This document shows, piece after piece, positions 1-8,200 of a DNA stretch of 35,916 bases (positions are counted from its first letter, which is position 1; every line of letters starts with the position of its first letter). The translations under genes were made by a program, and so were the position numbers. Origin of the DNA: Microgenomates group bacterium RIFCSPHIGHO2_01_FULL_45_11 (GTDB lineage Bacteria > Patescibacteriota > Microgenomatia > UBA1400 > 2-01-FULL-45-11); the NCBI GenBank assembly GCA_001803465.1, contig MHDE01000007.1, positions 7,445 through 43,360 of the forward strand, read 5' to 3'. Below the pieces are notes generated by a model. The model did no database searches and was not told the origin of the DNA. It saw only the letters and a program-made list of their open reading frames with translations.

Positions 1-237
1 CAAAATTCAAGCTGGTCGCTGTTTGCCACCATCGCCAGAGCCCTAGAGGTGTATCGAAATCCCCAAGCCTGGCGTCAAGTGGTCACCAACGCCATGACTG
101 CAGATTTTTCCTGGCAAGCGGTGGCTAGTGAGTATGAAAAACTTTTTAAGCGTGTAGTACGCTTACGAAAACAGCTGGTGACGGAGAATCCCCATCCTTC
201 CCGGTTGCCGGTATTGCCGCAAGATCAACGAGGGTGA
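1..237 (+). CDS. glgA: Glycogen synthase, C-terminal fragment (gene runs off the left edge)
   Basis: Frame 1 is open from base 1: ...ARALEVYRNPQAWRQVVTNAMTADFSWQAVASEYEKLF. This matches the GT5 C-terminal 'AM..DFSW...A..Y' motif. Confidence 0.8.
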   Translation, partial: QNSSWSLFATIARALEVYRNPQAWRQVVTNAMTADFSWQAVASEYEKLFKRVVRLRKQLVTENPHPSRLPVLPQDQRG

Positions 238-599
238 AGCTTATTTTCGAGAAGAGGTAATTTTGCCGGCTTGGGCTGAGTGCGGCGATGTTCGATTTTT
301 TTTAAAGAATACATAACTCTGTCGTGAAGATTGATATTTTTGATCCGGGAAAATCTCAAAATGGCGACGAGAATGTCGCCTAACTCTTGTTCGTAGCTTT
401 CGTCCAATTGGGCGGCAATGTTGGTTTTTTTGCGGCCATGGCGGGCTAAATAGGCGCGGGCTAATTCTCCTAATTCTTCTACGAGAGAAAGGATGAGAAA
501 AGAGCCATACTCCCTGGTATAGCGGACGCCTTTGTCGATTTCGTCTAAGTAGCGAAAGTACTCGCCAAAGGGGGTTTTTTTGTAGGTAATTTTCTTCAT
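225..599 (-). CDS. MazG-like nucleotide pyrophosphohydrolase
   Basis: Motifs LVEELGELA and EQELGDIL followed by NINL, typical of the all-alpha NTP-PPase fold. Confidence 0.8.
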   Translation of the reverse strand: MKKITYKKTPFGEYFRYLDEIDKGVRYTREYGSFLILSLVEELGELARAYLARHGRKKTNIAAQLDESYEQELGDILVAILRFSRIKNINLHDRVMYSLKKIEHRRTQPKPAKLPLLENKLHPR

Positions 600-738
600 G
601 GTTAAGTGACCCTAGCCTTTCCGCATCCGAAACAGATTATAGCTGATTTGGTTAACCTTTTTAATACCTTCTGTCAGACGTAAAGCAACTTGGGTTACTT
701 ACATCCCATTAGTCCTTCAAACCAGTTATAATTTGTCC

Positions 739-1668
739 ATGCCGGGAATTGATAATAGAGAAGCCCTTAGGGTTTTTATTAGTCGATACAAACTAGACGA
801 GAATAGTCTCACGCCTATTACTCATGGCGCATGGGCGAACGCTTACACATACGAGAGGGGTGGACAGAAATATATTGTTCGTCTGAGCAATGCTAGAGAA
901 AATTTTGATCGAGACGCTCTCGCTCGCAACTACAATAGTCCGAGCCTGCCTATTCCTGAAATACTAGAGATAGGCGAGAGTAGCCAAGGATTCTATGCCA
1001 TTTCAAGGTTTGTTGAAGGGGATTTTTTTGAACACTTGGGTTCTAATCAGTTTCAGAGGGTTTTACCGGATGTCGTCAAAATGTTCAAAGCTTTGCGCGA
1101 CGTTGATCTGGGTGCGACAAAGGGGTATGGACATTGGGATGCTCAAGGGAAGGGTGAAGTTGAGAGCTGGAAACGTTTCTTATTGGGTGTGAATGAAGAT
1201 GGGCGGAATAGTCTAATTCACGGATGGAGAGACAACCTTAAGAAATCACCAATCGGTACAGGTGACTTTACTAGGCTTTACGAGAAATTGCAAACAAACG
1301 TACACGCTTGTCCTGAAGTAAGAAATCTTGTTCACTCAGACCTTCTTAACTTCAATTTTATCGTTAAAAACAATCGTCCAGCCGCAATAATAGATTGGGG
1401 ATCTTCTATTTATGGAGACTCATTGTATGAGATTGCCTGGTTTCTTTTTTACGAGCCGTGGTATCCTCAATTTAGAGAGGCGAACTTAACTCAAAGGATT
1501 CTGAAAGAATATCAATCCGACCCAACAACAAATAAAGCTAATTTAAATCTTAGACTTGCATGTTACCAACTCCACATTGGACTGGATTCAATTGCTTATA
1601 ATTCGTTTAAACAGAATTGGGAAAATGCTAAATCTACAGCAGATTATACCATGAAGATAGTCTTCTGA
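739..1668 (+). CDS. Aminoglycoside phosphotransferase (APH/choline-kinase-like) family protein
   Basis: Catalytic LVHSDLLNFNF and IIDWG motifs. Start moved to ATG 739, which lies 6 nt after TATAAT (727-732). Confidence 0.8.
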   Translation: MPGIDNREALRVFISRYKLDENSLTPITHGAWANAYTYERGGQKYIVRLSNARENFDRDALARNYNSPSLPIPEILEIGESSQGFYAISRFVEGDFFEHLGSNQFQRVLPDVVKMFKALRDVDLGATKGYGHWDAQGKGEVESWKRFLLGVNEDGRNSLIHGWRDNLKKSPIGTGDFTRLYEKLQTNVHACPEVRNLVHSDLLNFNFIVKNNRPAAIIDWGSSIYGDSLYEIAWFLFYEPWYPQFREANLTQRILKEYQSDPTTNKANLNLRLACYQLHIGLDSIAYNSFKQNWENAKSTADYTMKIVF

Positions 1669-1682
1669 TATTACCAAACTTG

Positions 1683-1754
1683 TGAGCCGTGCTGGATTCG
1701 AACCAGCGACACCCTGCTTAAGAGGCAGGTGCTCTACCGCTGAGCTAACGGCCC
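1683..1754 (-). tRNA. tRNA-Lys(CTT)
   Basis: Reverse complement GGGCCGTTAGCTCAGCGGTAGAGC...CCTGC CT-CTT-AA GCAGG...GGTTCGAATCC..ACGGCTC-A. Full cloverleaf, CCA not encoded. Confidence 0.95.
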
Positions 1755-1805
1755 TAAAAAATTCTTCGAATTTTTCAGGGTAAACCCTGTTTTTCTCTTA
1801 AACTA

Positions 1806-2069
1806 TCACCTCTTAACTAACTTCCTCTGAACTAATTTTAACTTATATTCTCTCTTCCAACTCTTTATTGTACTTTCTCTTTTAGCCGCTTCCTGTTGCG
1901 AAGGATATCTTTCAGTGTAAATAATTTTTACCGGTAGTTTTCCCCGCACTGATTTAGCGCCATTAAGGTTATTATGTTGCCGTTCTCGTCGTTTCGGATT
2001 AGTGGTAATACCGGTGTAAAGCGAATTATCTTTACATTTAGCAACATATACAAACCACTGCTTGTTCAT
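1806..2069 (-). CDS. Stand-alone GIY-YIG nuclease (UPF0213/YhbQ-like)
   Basis: WFVYVAKCKDNSLYTGITTNPKRRERQHN...A.KRE..IK.W signature. Probable start is ATG at 2069 (MNKQWFVY). Confidence 0.88.
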   Translation of the reverse strand: MNKQWFVYVAKCKDNSLYTGITTNPKRRERQHNNLNGAKSVRGKLPVKIIYTERYPSQQEAAKRESTIKSWKREYKLKLVQRKLVKR

Positions 2070-2150
2070 GTAAGTACTTGTTAATGGGTGTTTACACCTT
2101 AAATTTGTGTACAAGAATTGCGCGAAATCAATTAGCGCGCAAGTTTAAGG

Positions 2151-2223
2151 TGCGCCCAGAGGGAGTTGAACCCCCAACCTTCTGTTCCGAAGACAGACGC
2201 TCTATCCATTGAGCTATGGGCGC
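2151..2223 (-). tRNA. tRNA-Arg(TCG)
   Basis: Reverse complement GCGCCCATAGCTCAATGGATAGAGC TCTGT CT-TCG-GA ACAGA...GGTTCAACTCC..TGGGCGC-A. Confidence 0.93.
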
Positions 2224-2299
2224 CTGAGTAAATTGTAGCACAAGAGAGTAATATTCTTCGATTTACGAACTACACTTTCAGAAGAAGAACTATCCTATC

Positions 2300-2318
2300 C
2301 ACCCGACGGGTGGCTGTC
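2300..2318. repeat. 19-bp direct repeat, copy 1 (CACCCGACGGGTGGCTGTC; palindromic core CACCCG-A-CGGGTG)
   Basis: An identical copy lies at 4109-4127. Confidence 0.85.
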
Positions 2319-2347
2319 TGGTGACTGCAAAAACTTTCAACGATAGC

Positions 2348-3622
2348 CTACAGATGAGCAGATGAGATAGTGCTTGATAATAAGTGAGTAAAATTGTCTA
2401 CTCCCATCTTGTAAACAACATCGAGTGGAACAGTAAGATTAATCCTATTAGCGTATTGTCCAACTTTTATGATTTTAATATTGTTTGATTCTAATTCAGC
2501 AGCAGAACCTTCATTAATTAGTAAGTAATTGTTATAATATGGTTTAAATTCAAATATTTCTTCTTTAGCTTCATCCTGACCATAAACCCAATGATCGACA
2601 GAAACTCCAAAAATTGAGGAGTAGTGCATTACGGCTTTTTGCTCAACCAAATGAACGGGATTAGTTATCCTTGATTGGTCACAACAAACACTATCCAAAT
2701 AATATTGTGGCTTGTGTAGAAAAGCTTCGATATTTAACTGTTTAAGATTATTTCCTAGATAGCTCAATGTCTCGTTCGCAACGATTTCGGCTACCACACT
2801 GTGACAGTAAGAGCTATTTTCTAGGGAAATACTTTTACAAATTTTTAACTTCAAATCTTCTAACTGACTCGTGTTTAATTTTTCGATATCGAGTGCGCTT
2901 CTTTTATACTCACCCATTATGTATGTTGCCACACAAATATCTTTTTTATCTGCATTTTGGCATTTACTTACATCTTTGGAAGTAACAGCTTTCTTAGCAA
3001 TTTGTATCGTGTTATCCCAATCGGAAAGATGCAGATGTATACCCTGCGTTGAGTAGTCGTAGTAGAAGATTCCTAATAAAATTAATATAACGGTTAAATT
3101 CAGAAAAAGGATTACTTTTCTTAATTTAACAAGTACTCCAGGGAGGGTGATAAGGTCAGTCGGTAGTCGGTTAAAGGAATATTTAAGCAATAGAATACGA
3201 ATTCCACCTAAGATAGAAGCGAGAATAGCAACGATGAGGGCGATGACTGGAAGTAATGGAAGCATCAAATAAGTGTCACCTTGGCCTAAGACTTCGGGTA
3301 CTAAAAAGAAGTAGATTAGTGTTGCAAAAAAATACATCACCCCTAAACGAAGTGGATATTTAACTCCCAATCTTTCAGTAGAAGTTTGAGTCTGAAGCTT
3401 TTTTTCCAAATAAAATTCAGAAATAAAAAATGGAAAGATTATTAAGAAATATTTCCAAAAAGTTCCAACTAAGACGTCTTTACCTTCTAGGGTTCTTCGT
3501 AAAAGGTTTAATAGGTAATAATAATCATATGGAAACTTTTTAATGAATGAAATTGTGACGATGACTAAAATAAATGAGCCAAATACAAGATAGGCTAAGA
3601 AAGTTCTTTTCTTTAAACTCAT
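2348..3622 (-). CDS. Hypothetical multi-pass membrane protein with a Cys-containing extracellular domain
   Basis: 424-aa ORF with about 5 hydrophobic segments in the N-terminal half and spaced Cys residues after them. AT-rich. Confidence 0.7.
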   Translation of the reverse strand: MSLKKRTFLAYLVFGSFILVIVTISFIKKFPYDYYYLLNLLRRTLEGKDVLVGTFWKYFLIIFPFFISEFYLEKKLQTQTSTERLGVKYPLRLGVMYFFATLIYFFLVPEVLGQGDTYLMLPLLPVIALIVAILASILGGIRILLLKYSFNRLPTDLITLPGVLVKLRKVILFLNLTVILILLGIFYYDYSTQGIHLHLSDWDNTIQIAKKAVTSKDVSKCQNADKKDICVATYIMGEYKRSALDIEKLNTSQLEDLKLKICKSISLENSSYCHSVVAEIVANETLSYLGNNLKQLNIEAFLHKPQYYLDSVCCDQSRITNPVHLVEQKAVMHYSSIFGVSVDHWVYGQDEAKEEIFEFKPYYNNYLLINEGSAAELESNNIKIIKVGQYANRINLTVPLDVVYKMGVDNFTHLLSSTISSAHL

Positions 3623-3690
3623 ACGATATAATCATATACTAAATTATAAAAGCGGGTATTCAACCCCCGGGGTTAAATGGCCGAAATGCT

Positions 3691-4083
3691 ATGAATTACA
3701 AAGGCATCATAATAGCAGAAAGCCTAGAAGATTCATCTTTATTAAAAGAAGTTAGAATTCTCGACACAAAAGTCGAGCCGATTACCCCTGAACATAAAAC
3801 CCCTTGGTTGAAACAATGGACTCTTAATACAGTTGAAATACCAGAAGATATTGCTCAAATAATTGCCGAAAAGATAAGTCAGTCATTCGATAGAAAACAC
3901 CCCGACTGGTATGCAGATTATAAAAATGACAAATATCACTTCATTATCTTTTCCGGAAAGATATTTAAGGTGGATTTAGCAAATCCTGTACTGTATAAAG
4001 ACGCAAAAGCGTATGGTATTTCTATTGGAATACCAGAATATCAGGTTGACTTTGTACCAGAGGATAAAACGTGGGAACGATAA
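3691..4083 (+). CDS. Conserved-looking hypothetical protein
   Basis: 130-aa ORF with globular composition (GIIIAESL...WYADY...IGIPEYQVDF). No function recognised. Confidence 0.75.
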   Translation: MNYKGIIIAESLEDSSLLKEVRILDTKVEPITPEHKTPWLKQWTLNTVEIPEDIAQIIAEKISQSFDRKHPDWYADYKNDKYHFIIFSGKIFKVDLANPVLYKDAKAYGISIGIPEYQVDFVPEDKTWER

Positions 4084-4108
4084 TGTTTGCCAAGTAAGAT
4101 CCACTGTT

Positions 4109-4127
4109 CACCCGACGGGTGGCTGTC
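4109..4127. repeat. 19-bp direct repeat, copy 2
   Basis: Identical to 2300-2318. Confidence 0.85.
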
Positions 4128-4307
4128 CACTGTCCTGAGTGTTTGTCTAGTGATTGAACGCTAATATGTCATTCTCCTTTAGATGATAACCCACTCTTTA
4201 TAGCGGGAAGGGTGGCATTAATAAGAAAAAATCTTGACTTGAAAGCCACTTATGTTAAATTTATATTGATTATATTGTTTATTTTCGGGAAATTGGTTTA
4301 AAAACGT

Positions 4308-4535
4308 ATGCCTACATATATAGAAGCTGAGGTTGAACTGCTTGAATTTATACACCAGCGTGGTAGCGTATCTTTCCAAGAAATATTTGAGTTACAATCT
4401 CGACAGAAATTGTTATTTGGACTTAATATTGGTTTAGCTGATATACTTTGGAGACATCGAAGCCGTGGTGAGATTGATTATGATATTAAGGAAGGAGTAG
4501 TAAATAGCCGGATACAGCAACAACCAACTCTATAA
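4308..4535 (+). CDS. Small hypothetical protein, possibly winged-helix-like
   Basis: 75-aa ORF after an AT-rich promoter-like region. The pattern LLEFIHQRGSVSFQEI...RGEIDY loosely resembles a wHTH. Confidence 0.5.
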   Translation: MPTYIEAEVELLEFIHQRGSVSFQEIFELQSRQKLLFGLNIGLADILWRHRSRGEIDYDIKEGVVNSRIQQQPTL

Positions 4536-4629
4536 TTCAGTTATTTCCTTAATGAAAACCCAAGAAGACAGGTACTTTTGAAATGAACACAGTGTCTGCA
4601 TAATTAGGCATTTAAAATTTAAGGGGTGA

Positions 4630-5403
4630 TTATTTTGAAGTTGTTATCTTCTGTATAACTTCACTCAAAGTTTCTGTCTCTTTTTCTTCTAAATATTCCA
4701 CTATCGACTCTGGTAAGGCTAAACTTTGTAAAGATGATAACACCCTTAAATCAGAAGCGGCTTCCTGCTCGAGTTTGGGAAGATAACTTAACGAGTCTTG
4801 GCCAATTAATAGCGAGGCAATGTCAAATCTATCTCTTTGATGGGGCTCTAAGCCTCTGGAAAGACGCTGGTAGGTACGAACCAATTTTCCCATAATTAAC
4901 TCAAAGGGCGCAATCATAGCCAGAGGATGTGAACAAAGGTGCTGTCCATTTTCTATGGGCGCTTTATAGACCGCGTCGGGCGCGATGTCGCAGTTATTAA
5001 TGTCTAGACGGATGGTGATTGCCTCATTCAGCCGGCGGGTGCCAACATAACAACCCCAATTAACCATGAAACCTAACCCAAGGTCTTCGACCATTCTGGC
5101 AGCAGTCAAGGAGTCAACGAGGAAATCCAACTCGGGGCTAGCGCTTCGATTTCCAACTAGCCTCTGACATTGCCAGCGCACTGCCCAGCCACCGCTGAGA
5201 ATGGCCCAGCCGCCTTTGGCAGCAGCGAGGGATTGAATTTCTATGACCGCAGGGATTATCGTTTCCGACCTTATGGTTTTCGGCGATGCAAATACCTGTT
5301 CAAAATCTGCCGATGATGCATGGGGGATTCTAAACCGATATTGATGCATGAAGGCTACTTCTGATCCGACTTTCCTGGACGTTTCAAGAAAAGCAAAAGA
5401 CAT
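4630..5403 (-). CDS. Hypothetical protein, possibly nucleotidyltransferase fold
   Basis: AILSGGWAV...SPELDFLVD and C-terminal K...RDRFDI resemble GG/DxD nucleotidyltransferases. The start position is uncertain. Confidence 0.5.
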   Translation of the reverse strand: MSFAFLETSRKVGSEVAFMHQYRFRIPHASSADFEQVFASPKTIRSETIIPAVIEIQSLAAAKGGWAILSGGWAVRWQCQRLVGNRSASPELDFLVDSLTAARMVEDLGLGFMVNWGCYVGTRRLNEAITIRLDINNCDIAPDAVYKAPIENGQHLCSHPLAMIAPFELIMGKLVRTYQRLSRGLEPHQRDRFDIASLLIGQDSLSYLPKLEQEAASDLRVLSSLQSLALPESIVEYLEEKETETLSEVIQKITTSK

Positions 5404-5404
5404 A

Positions 5405-6361
5405 TTAATCGAGATTTTTGATAACCTGATTGAGGGCGTTTAATTGTGGGGAAGGGGAGTTGTCGCTATTGAGAAGGGAGAATTCTTTGAAGGGGCCGGG
5501 GTTACCCTGAAGGACAAAGACAGTGACGGCTTTGACCTGGGGGTGGTTCCAGATTTTGGTAACTGCGGTTTGGTAGTAACTTTTCAGACGGGGAGTAATG
5601 GATTTAGTAGCCCGCCAGCCGGTTTCGGTAATGTAAACAGGTAAATCGCCTTTGCCGTAGCGGCGAAGAAAGTTTAATTCTGACTCGAAACCACGAAGAC
5701 TATTTTTGCCGGTGCGGTAGGGTGGGGCGGTAAAATCGGGATTGGGGTAGGAATGGGACGTCCAGCCGTCAAAAGACTCCAGAAAATCCGGTTCGGCGTT
5801 AAGCATTTGTTCCAAAAAAACAAAACTGTCCCGGGTATCAGGGCCATTGGGAGCGGCGGCATCCAGACCAGCAGGCAAGATAACGTAAGGGTAGGGTTCG
5901 GTTTTGAGCCAGGAAGCTACAAATAAGGCTGTTTTAGCATAATCGTCAGGATTTATCTCTCCTCCCCATTCGTTGGCGTGATTGGGTTCGTTAAAGACAA
6001 TAATGTAGCGAGGGCCAGGCCAATTGAGGCGCCGGAAAAAGTTAGCGGCGTCAACGATTTGGCGTTTAGTCGGCCGCGGCCAGATGTGATTATCGGATTG
6101 AGTAACTAAACGGACTAAAGGTGTAATGCGGTTTTCTTGGGCTAACCTAAAAAATTCATTCCAAACCGCCTCGCGCCGGTCGTTTAAGGCAAAAGGAACA
6201 GTAACAAAAAATTCTTCAGAGTTATTTCGATTGGCTGCAGCCAATTTGATTTCTTCCGGATGAAGGAGGTGGAAACCAAAGCCCATGGCTACGGTTGGAG
6301 CAGCGGCGCTAAAAACTAAAACAAGCACAAAGAAAATAGTTAGGAGTGATTTCGTGAGCAT
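5405..6361 (-). CDS. Secreted clan GH-A glycoside hydrolase
   Basis: Signal peptide, IVFNEPN (acid/base), SHSYP and YITETGW (nucleophile) motifs. Confidence 0.8.
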   Translation of the reverse strand: MLTKSLLTIFFVLVLVFSAAAPTVAMGFGFHLLHPEEIKLAAANRNNSEEFFVTVPFALNDRREAVWNEFFRLAQENRITPLVRLVTQSDNHIWPRPTKRQIVDAANFFRRLNWPGPRYIIVFNEPNHANEWGGEINPDDYAKTALFVASWLKTEPYPYVILPAGLDAAAPNGPDTRDSFVFLEQMLNAEPDFLESFDGWTSHSYPNPDFTAPPYRTGKNSLRGFESELNFLRRYGKGDLPVYITETGWRATKSITPRLKSYYQTAVTKIWNHPQVKAVTVFVLQGNPGPFKEFSLLNSDNSPSPQLNALNQVIKNLD

Positions 6362-6477
6362 TCTTATATTATAGCCTGTGAGTCTTGGTAACCTTGCAAA
6401 CTGGATACGAATATGACATCCTGTACTTCATGAAAGGATAAGAAGCTAAACTTTTAAGTTTTGAAGGTAAAGGGATC

Positions 6478-7092
6478 ATGAAACAAATCCTCATCGTTAG
6501 TGGTTGGTTGGTAGGGATGTCTTTAACCCTGTTTGTCTCCATTTTAAGTCTAAATACCCTGACGCGAACCCAGGAGTTACCCGCCTTAATCTTGTCGCAA
6601 CTGACCACTGGCACAGATACCAATAAGTTATTAACCGTGTCTAATTTTAGCGGCGCAGTCAAAGGCATTAGCACCGCGGTGCAAACAGGGGACGCCAGAC
6701 CGATTCTTATTGCCCAGTTCTTAGAAGAAAATAACTCGCCTCTAAGCCCTTACGACTATTGGGGAGACTACCTTGTCTATGTGGCGGATAAATATAACCT
6801 TGATTACCGGTTGTTGCCGGCGATAGCCATGCAAGAAAGCACGCTATGTAAGTTCATTCCGCCCGATAGTCATAACTGTTTGGGGCTCGGGGTGCACTCG
6901 CAAGGTACTTGGGAATTTCCTTCTTATGAAGCTAATTTCGATAAAGCCGCAGAGATTTTACGGACAAACTATTTGGATGAGGGGCTAATCACTCCGGAAG
7001 AAATTCAAGATAAATATACGCCTTTGAGCCAAGGTTCGTGGCAGAAAGCGGTTAGCAAATTCATGTATCAACTGGAAACCGCCGAGTTTTAA
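6478..7092 (+). CDS. Membrane-anchored lysozyme-like (glucosaminidase/transglycosylase) domain protein
   Basis: N-terminal TM segment, ADKYNLDYRLLPAIAMQES and NCLGLG motifs. Confidence 0.72.
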   Translation: MKQILIVSGWLVGMSLTLFVSILSLNTLTRTQELPALILSQLTTGTDTNKLLTVSNFSGAVKGISTAVQTGDARPILIAQFLEENNSPLSPYDYWGDYLVYVADKYNLDYRLLPAIAMQESTLCKFIPPDSHNCLGLGVHSQGTWEFPSYEANFDKAAEILRTNYLDEGLITPEEIQDKYTPLSQGSWQKAVSKFMYQLETAEF

Positions 7093-7200
7093 AGAGGAGT
7101 TTGAATCTTATATAATAACGATGATTGAACACTTATAGCCTTCAATTGGGTAGAATACCTTCTACTTGACAGGCTCATAGTGTTGTGATAAATTATGGCT

Positions 7201-7376
7201 AGATCCGAAGGTTTTCCCTCACCGGGATTACGTTCGGATTTTTCGTATAGACCCTGATTTTTTAAGTTAATGTTAAAAAATCAGGAGGTATATACGAACC
7301 CGCAGTATTTCCGATTTGCAAAACGGCTGAACAAGCCGTCTGTGCAAAATCGAGAAAAGCGGGCGGGTTATTTTTA
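7201..7376 (+). ncRNA. Candidate structured element: three abutting long hairpins followed by a T run
   Basis: Stems AGATCCGAA/TTCGGATTT, TTCGTATA..CCTGATTTTTTAA/TTAAAAAATCAGG..TATACGAA and CCCGC..CGATTT..ACGGCT/AGCCGT..AAATCG..GCGGG. Upstream TTGACA(7166)-17-TAAATT. Confidence 0.4.
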
Positions 7377-7466
7377 AGAACTATGGTAAATAGTGAGTAA
7401 TTGGTCTATCAAGCATAAAAAGACTTAAGAGTAACAATTTTCCCTCAACTAAGTTATACTAATTCT

Positions 7467-7663
7467 GCGCCAGAGTGCTGAGTCCATTCGACGGGCCAGA
7501 ATCGAAAGCCCTGCCTCGTACCTTTTGTCGGAGTGGCTAAATCCTTCGGCCCTTCGACTACGCCACGTCTGACGTGGCTTCGCTCAGGGTAAACAGGTTC
7601 AGGACAAGTCGGTGGACCCACCATCGTATGCCGTAGTGGTGGGATTGATAGATAGCCCCGTAA
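7467..7663 (+). ncRNA. Candidate rod-shaped ncRNA (6S-like?) carrying a nested repeat insertion
   Basis: TATACT at 7455-7460. End-to-end pairings ACGGGC/GCCCCGT, ATCGA/TTGAT and CCTGCC/GGTGGG, plus a GACCCACC...GTGGG segment. Confidence 0.3.
7542..7608. repeat. Triple-nested REP-like hairpin elements
   Basis: TCCTTCG[GCCCTTCGACTACG(CCACGTCTGACGTGGCTTCG)CTCAGGGTAA]ACAGGTTCAGGACAAG. Related copies at 23076 and 34682. Confidence 0.7.
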
Positions 7664-7670
7664 CAATTTT

Positions 7671-7752
7671 GGGCTGGTGGCGAAACTGGTAGACGCGTAC
7701 GGCTTAGGACCGTATGGGGCAACCCTTGGAGGTTCGAGTCCTCTCCAGCCCA
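7671..7752 (+). tRNA. tRNA-Leu(TAG)
   Basis: GGGCTGG acceptor, TACGG CT-TAG-GA CCGTA, variable arm GGG-CAA-CCC, GGTTCGAGTCC, CCAGCCC-A. Confidence 0.95.
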
Positions 7753-7761
7753 CTAAAATTT

Positions 7762-7807
7762 GTACGGGGTACCGAAAGGTATAGAGGTTCAACTCCTCTG
7801 CCGCACA
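7762..7807 (+). pseudogene. tRNA remnant (class II/Leu-like) lacking the D and anticodon arms
   Basis: GTACGG..TACC-GAAA-GGTA-T-AGAGG-TTCAACT-CCTCT-GCCGCAC-A: imperfect acceptor stem, variable arm and intact T arm. Confidence 0.55.
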
Positions 7808-7837
7808 CTTTAAATTTGAAATTCTAAAGGGTAAACG

Positions 7838-8200
7838 ATGACAACAATAACTTTGAATCACTGGTTGAAACGGTTGGTGTTTATAGCGCTAATTTTATCT
7901 GGCCTCTACAGCCTATCTGAATCTGTCTGGCATTTTTTTGGTATTTATCCAAAATTACGGATCTTGGTGACGTTTGACGATTATATCCAACTGTTGCGCC
8001 AAGCCTTTCTCCTATCTTTAGCCGGATTGGCGGAATCAACTTATGGCCTGATAATGCTCCTTCGCCCAACCGCCACAGTTAAACGTAGTCAAGTTGCTAT
8101 CGGTCTATTGATTCTTTTGACGATAATCTATCTTAAAAGCCTGTGGCAACTGCCGCGGAGCTCATGGTTACCAGTGATGTTACGAAGGGCAGGGTTTTAA
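7838..8200 (+). CDS. Hypothetical membrane protein
   Basis: 120 aa with three hydrophobic segments. Confidence 0.55.
   Translation: MTTITLNHWLKRLVFIALILSGLYSLSESVWHFFGIYPKLRILVTFDDYIQLLRQAFLLSLAGLAESTYGLIMLLRPTATVKRSQVAIGLLILLTIIYLKSLWQLPRSSWLPVMLRRAGF

Noticed and set aside
4308-5403. Type IV (AbiE-like) toxin-antitoxin pair
   Set aside because: The genes are convergent rather than operonic, and both fold guesses are weak.
7473-7807. tmRNA (ATTCGACGGG resembles the ssrA 5' end and a T arm lies downstream)
   Set aside because: There is no GGGGC acceptor with a G3:U pair and no tag ORF, and an intact tRNA-Leu lies in between.
7454-7861. 135-aa minus-strand ORF
   Set aside because: It is antisense to tRNA-Leu and the repeat (translating as CPEPVYPERS), so it is a shadow ORF.
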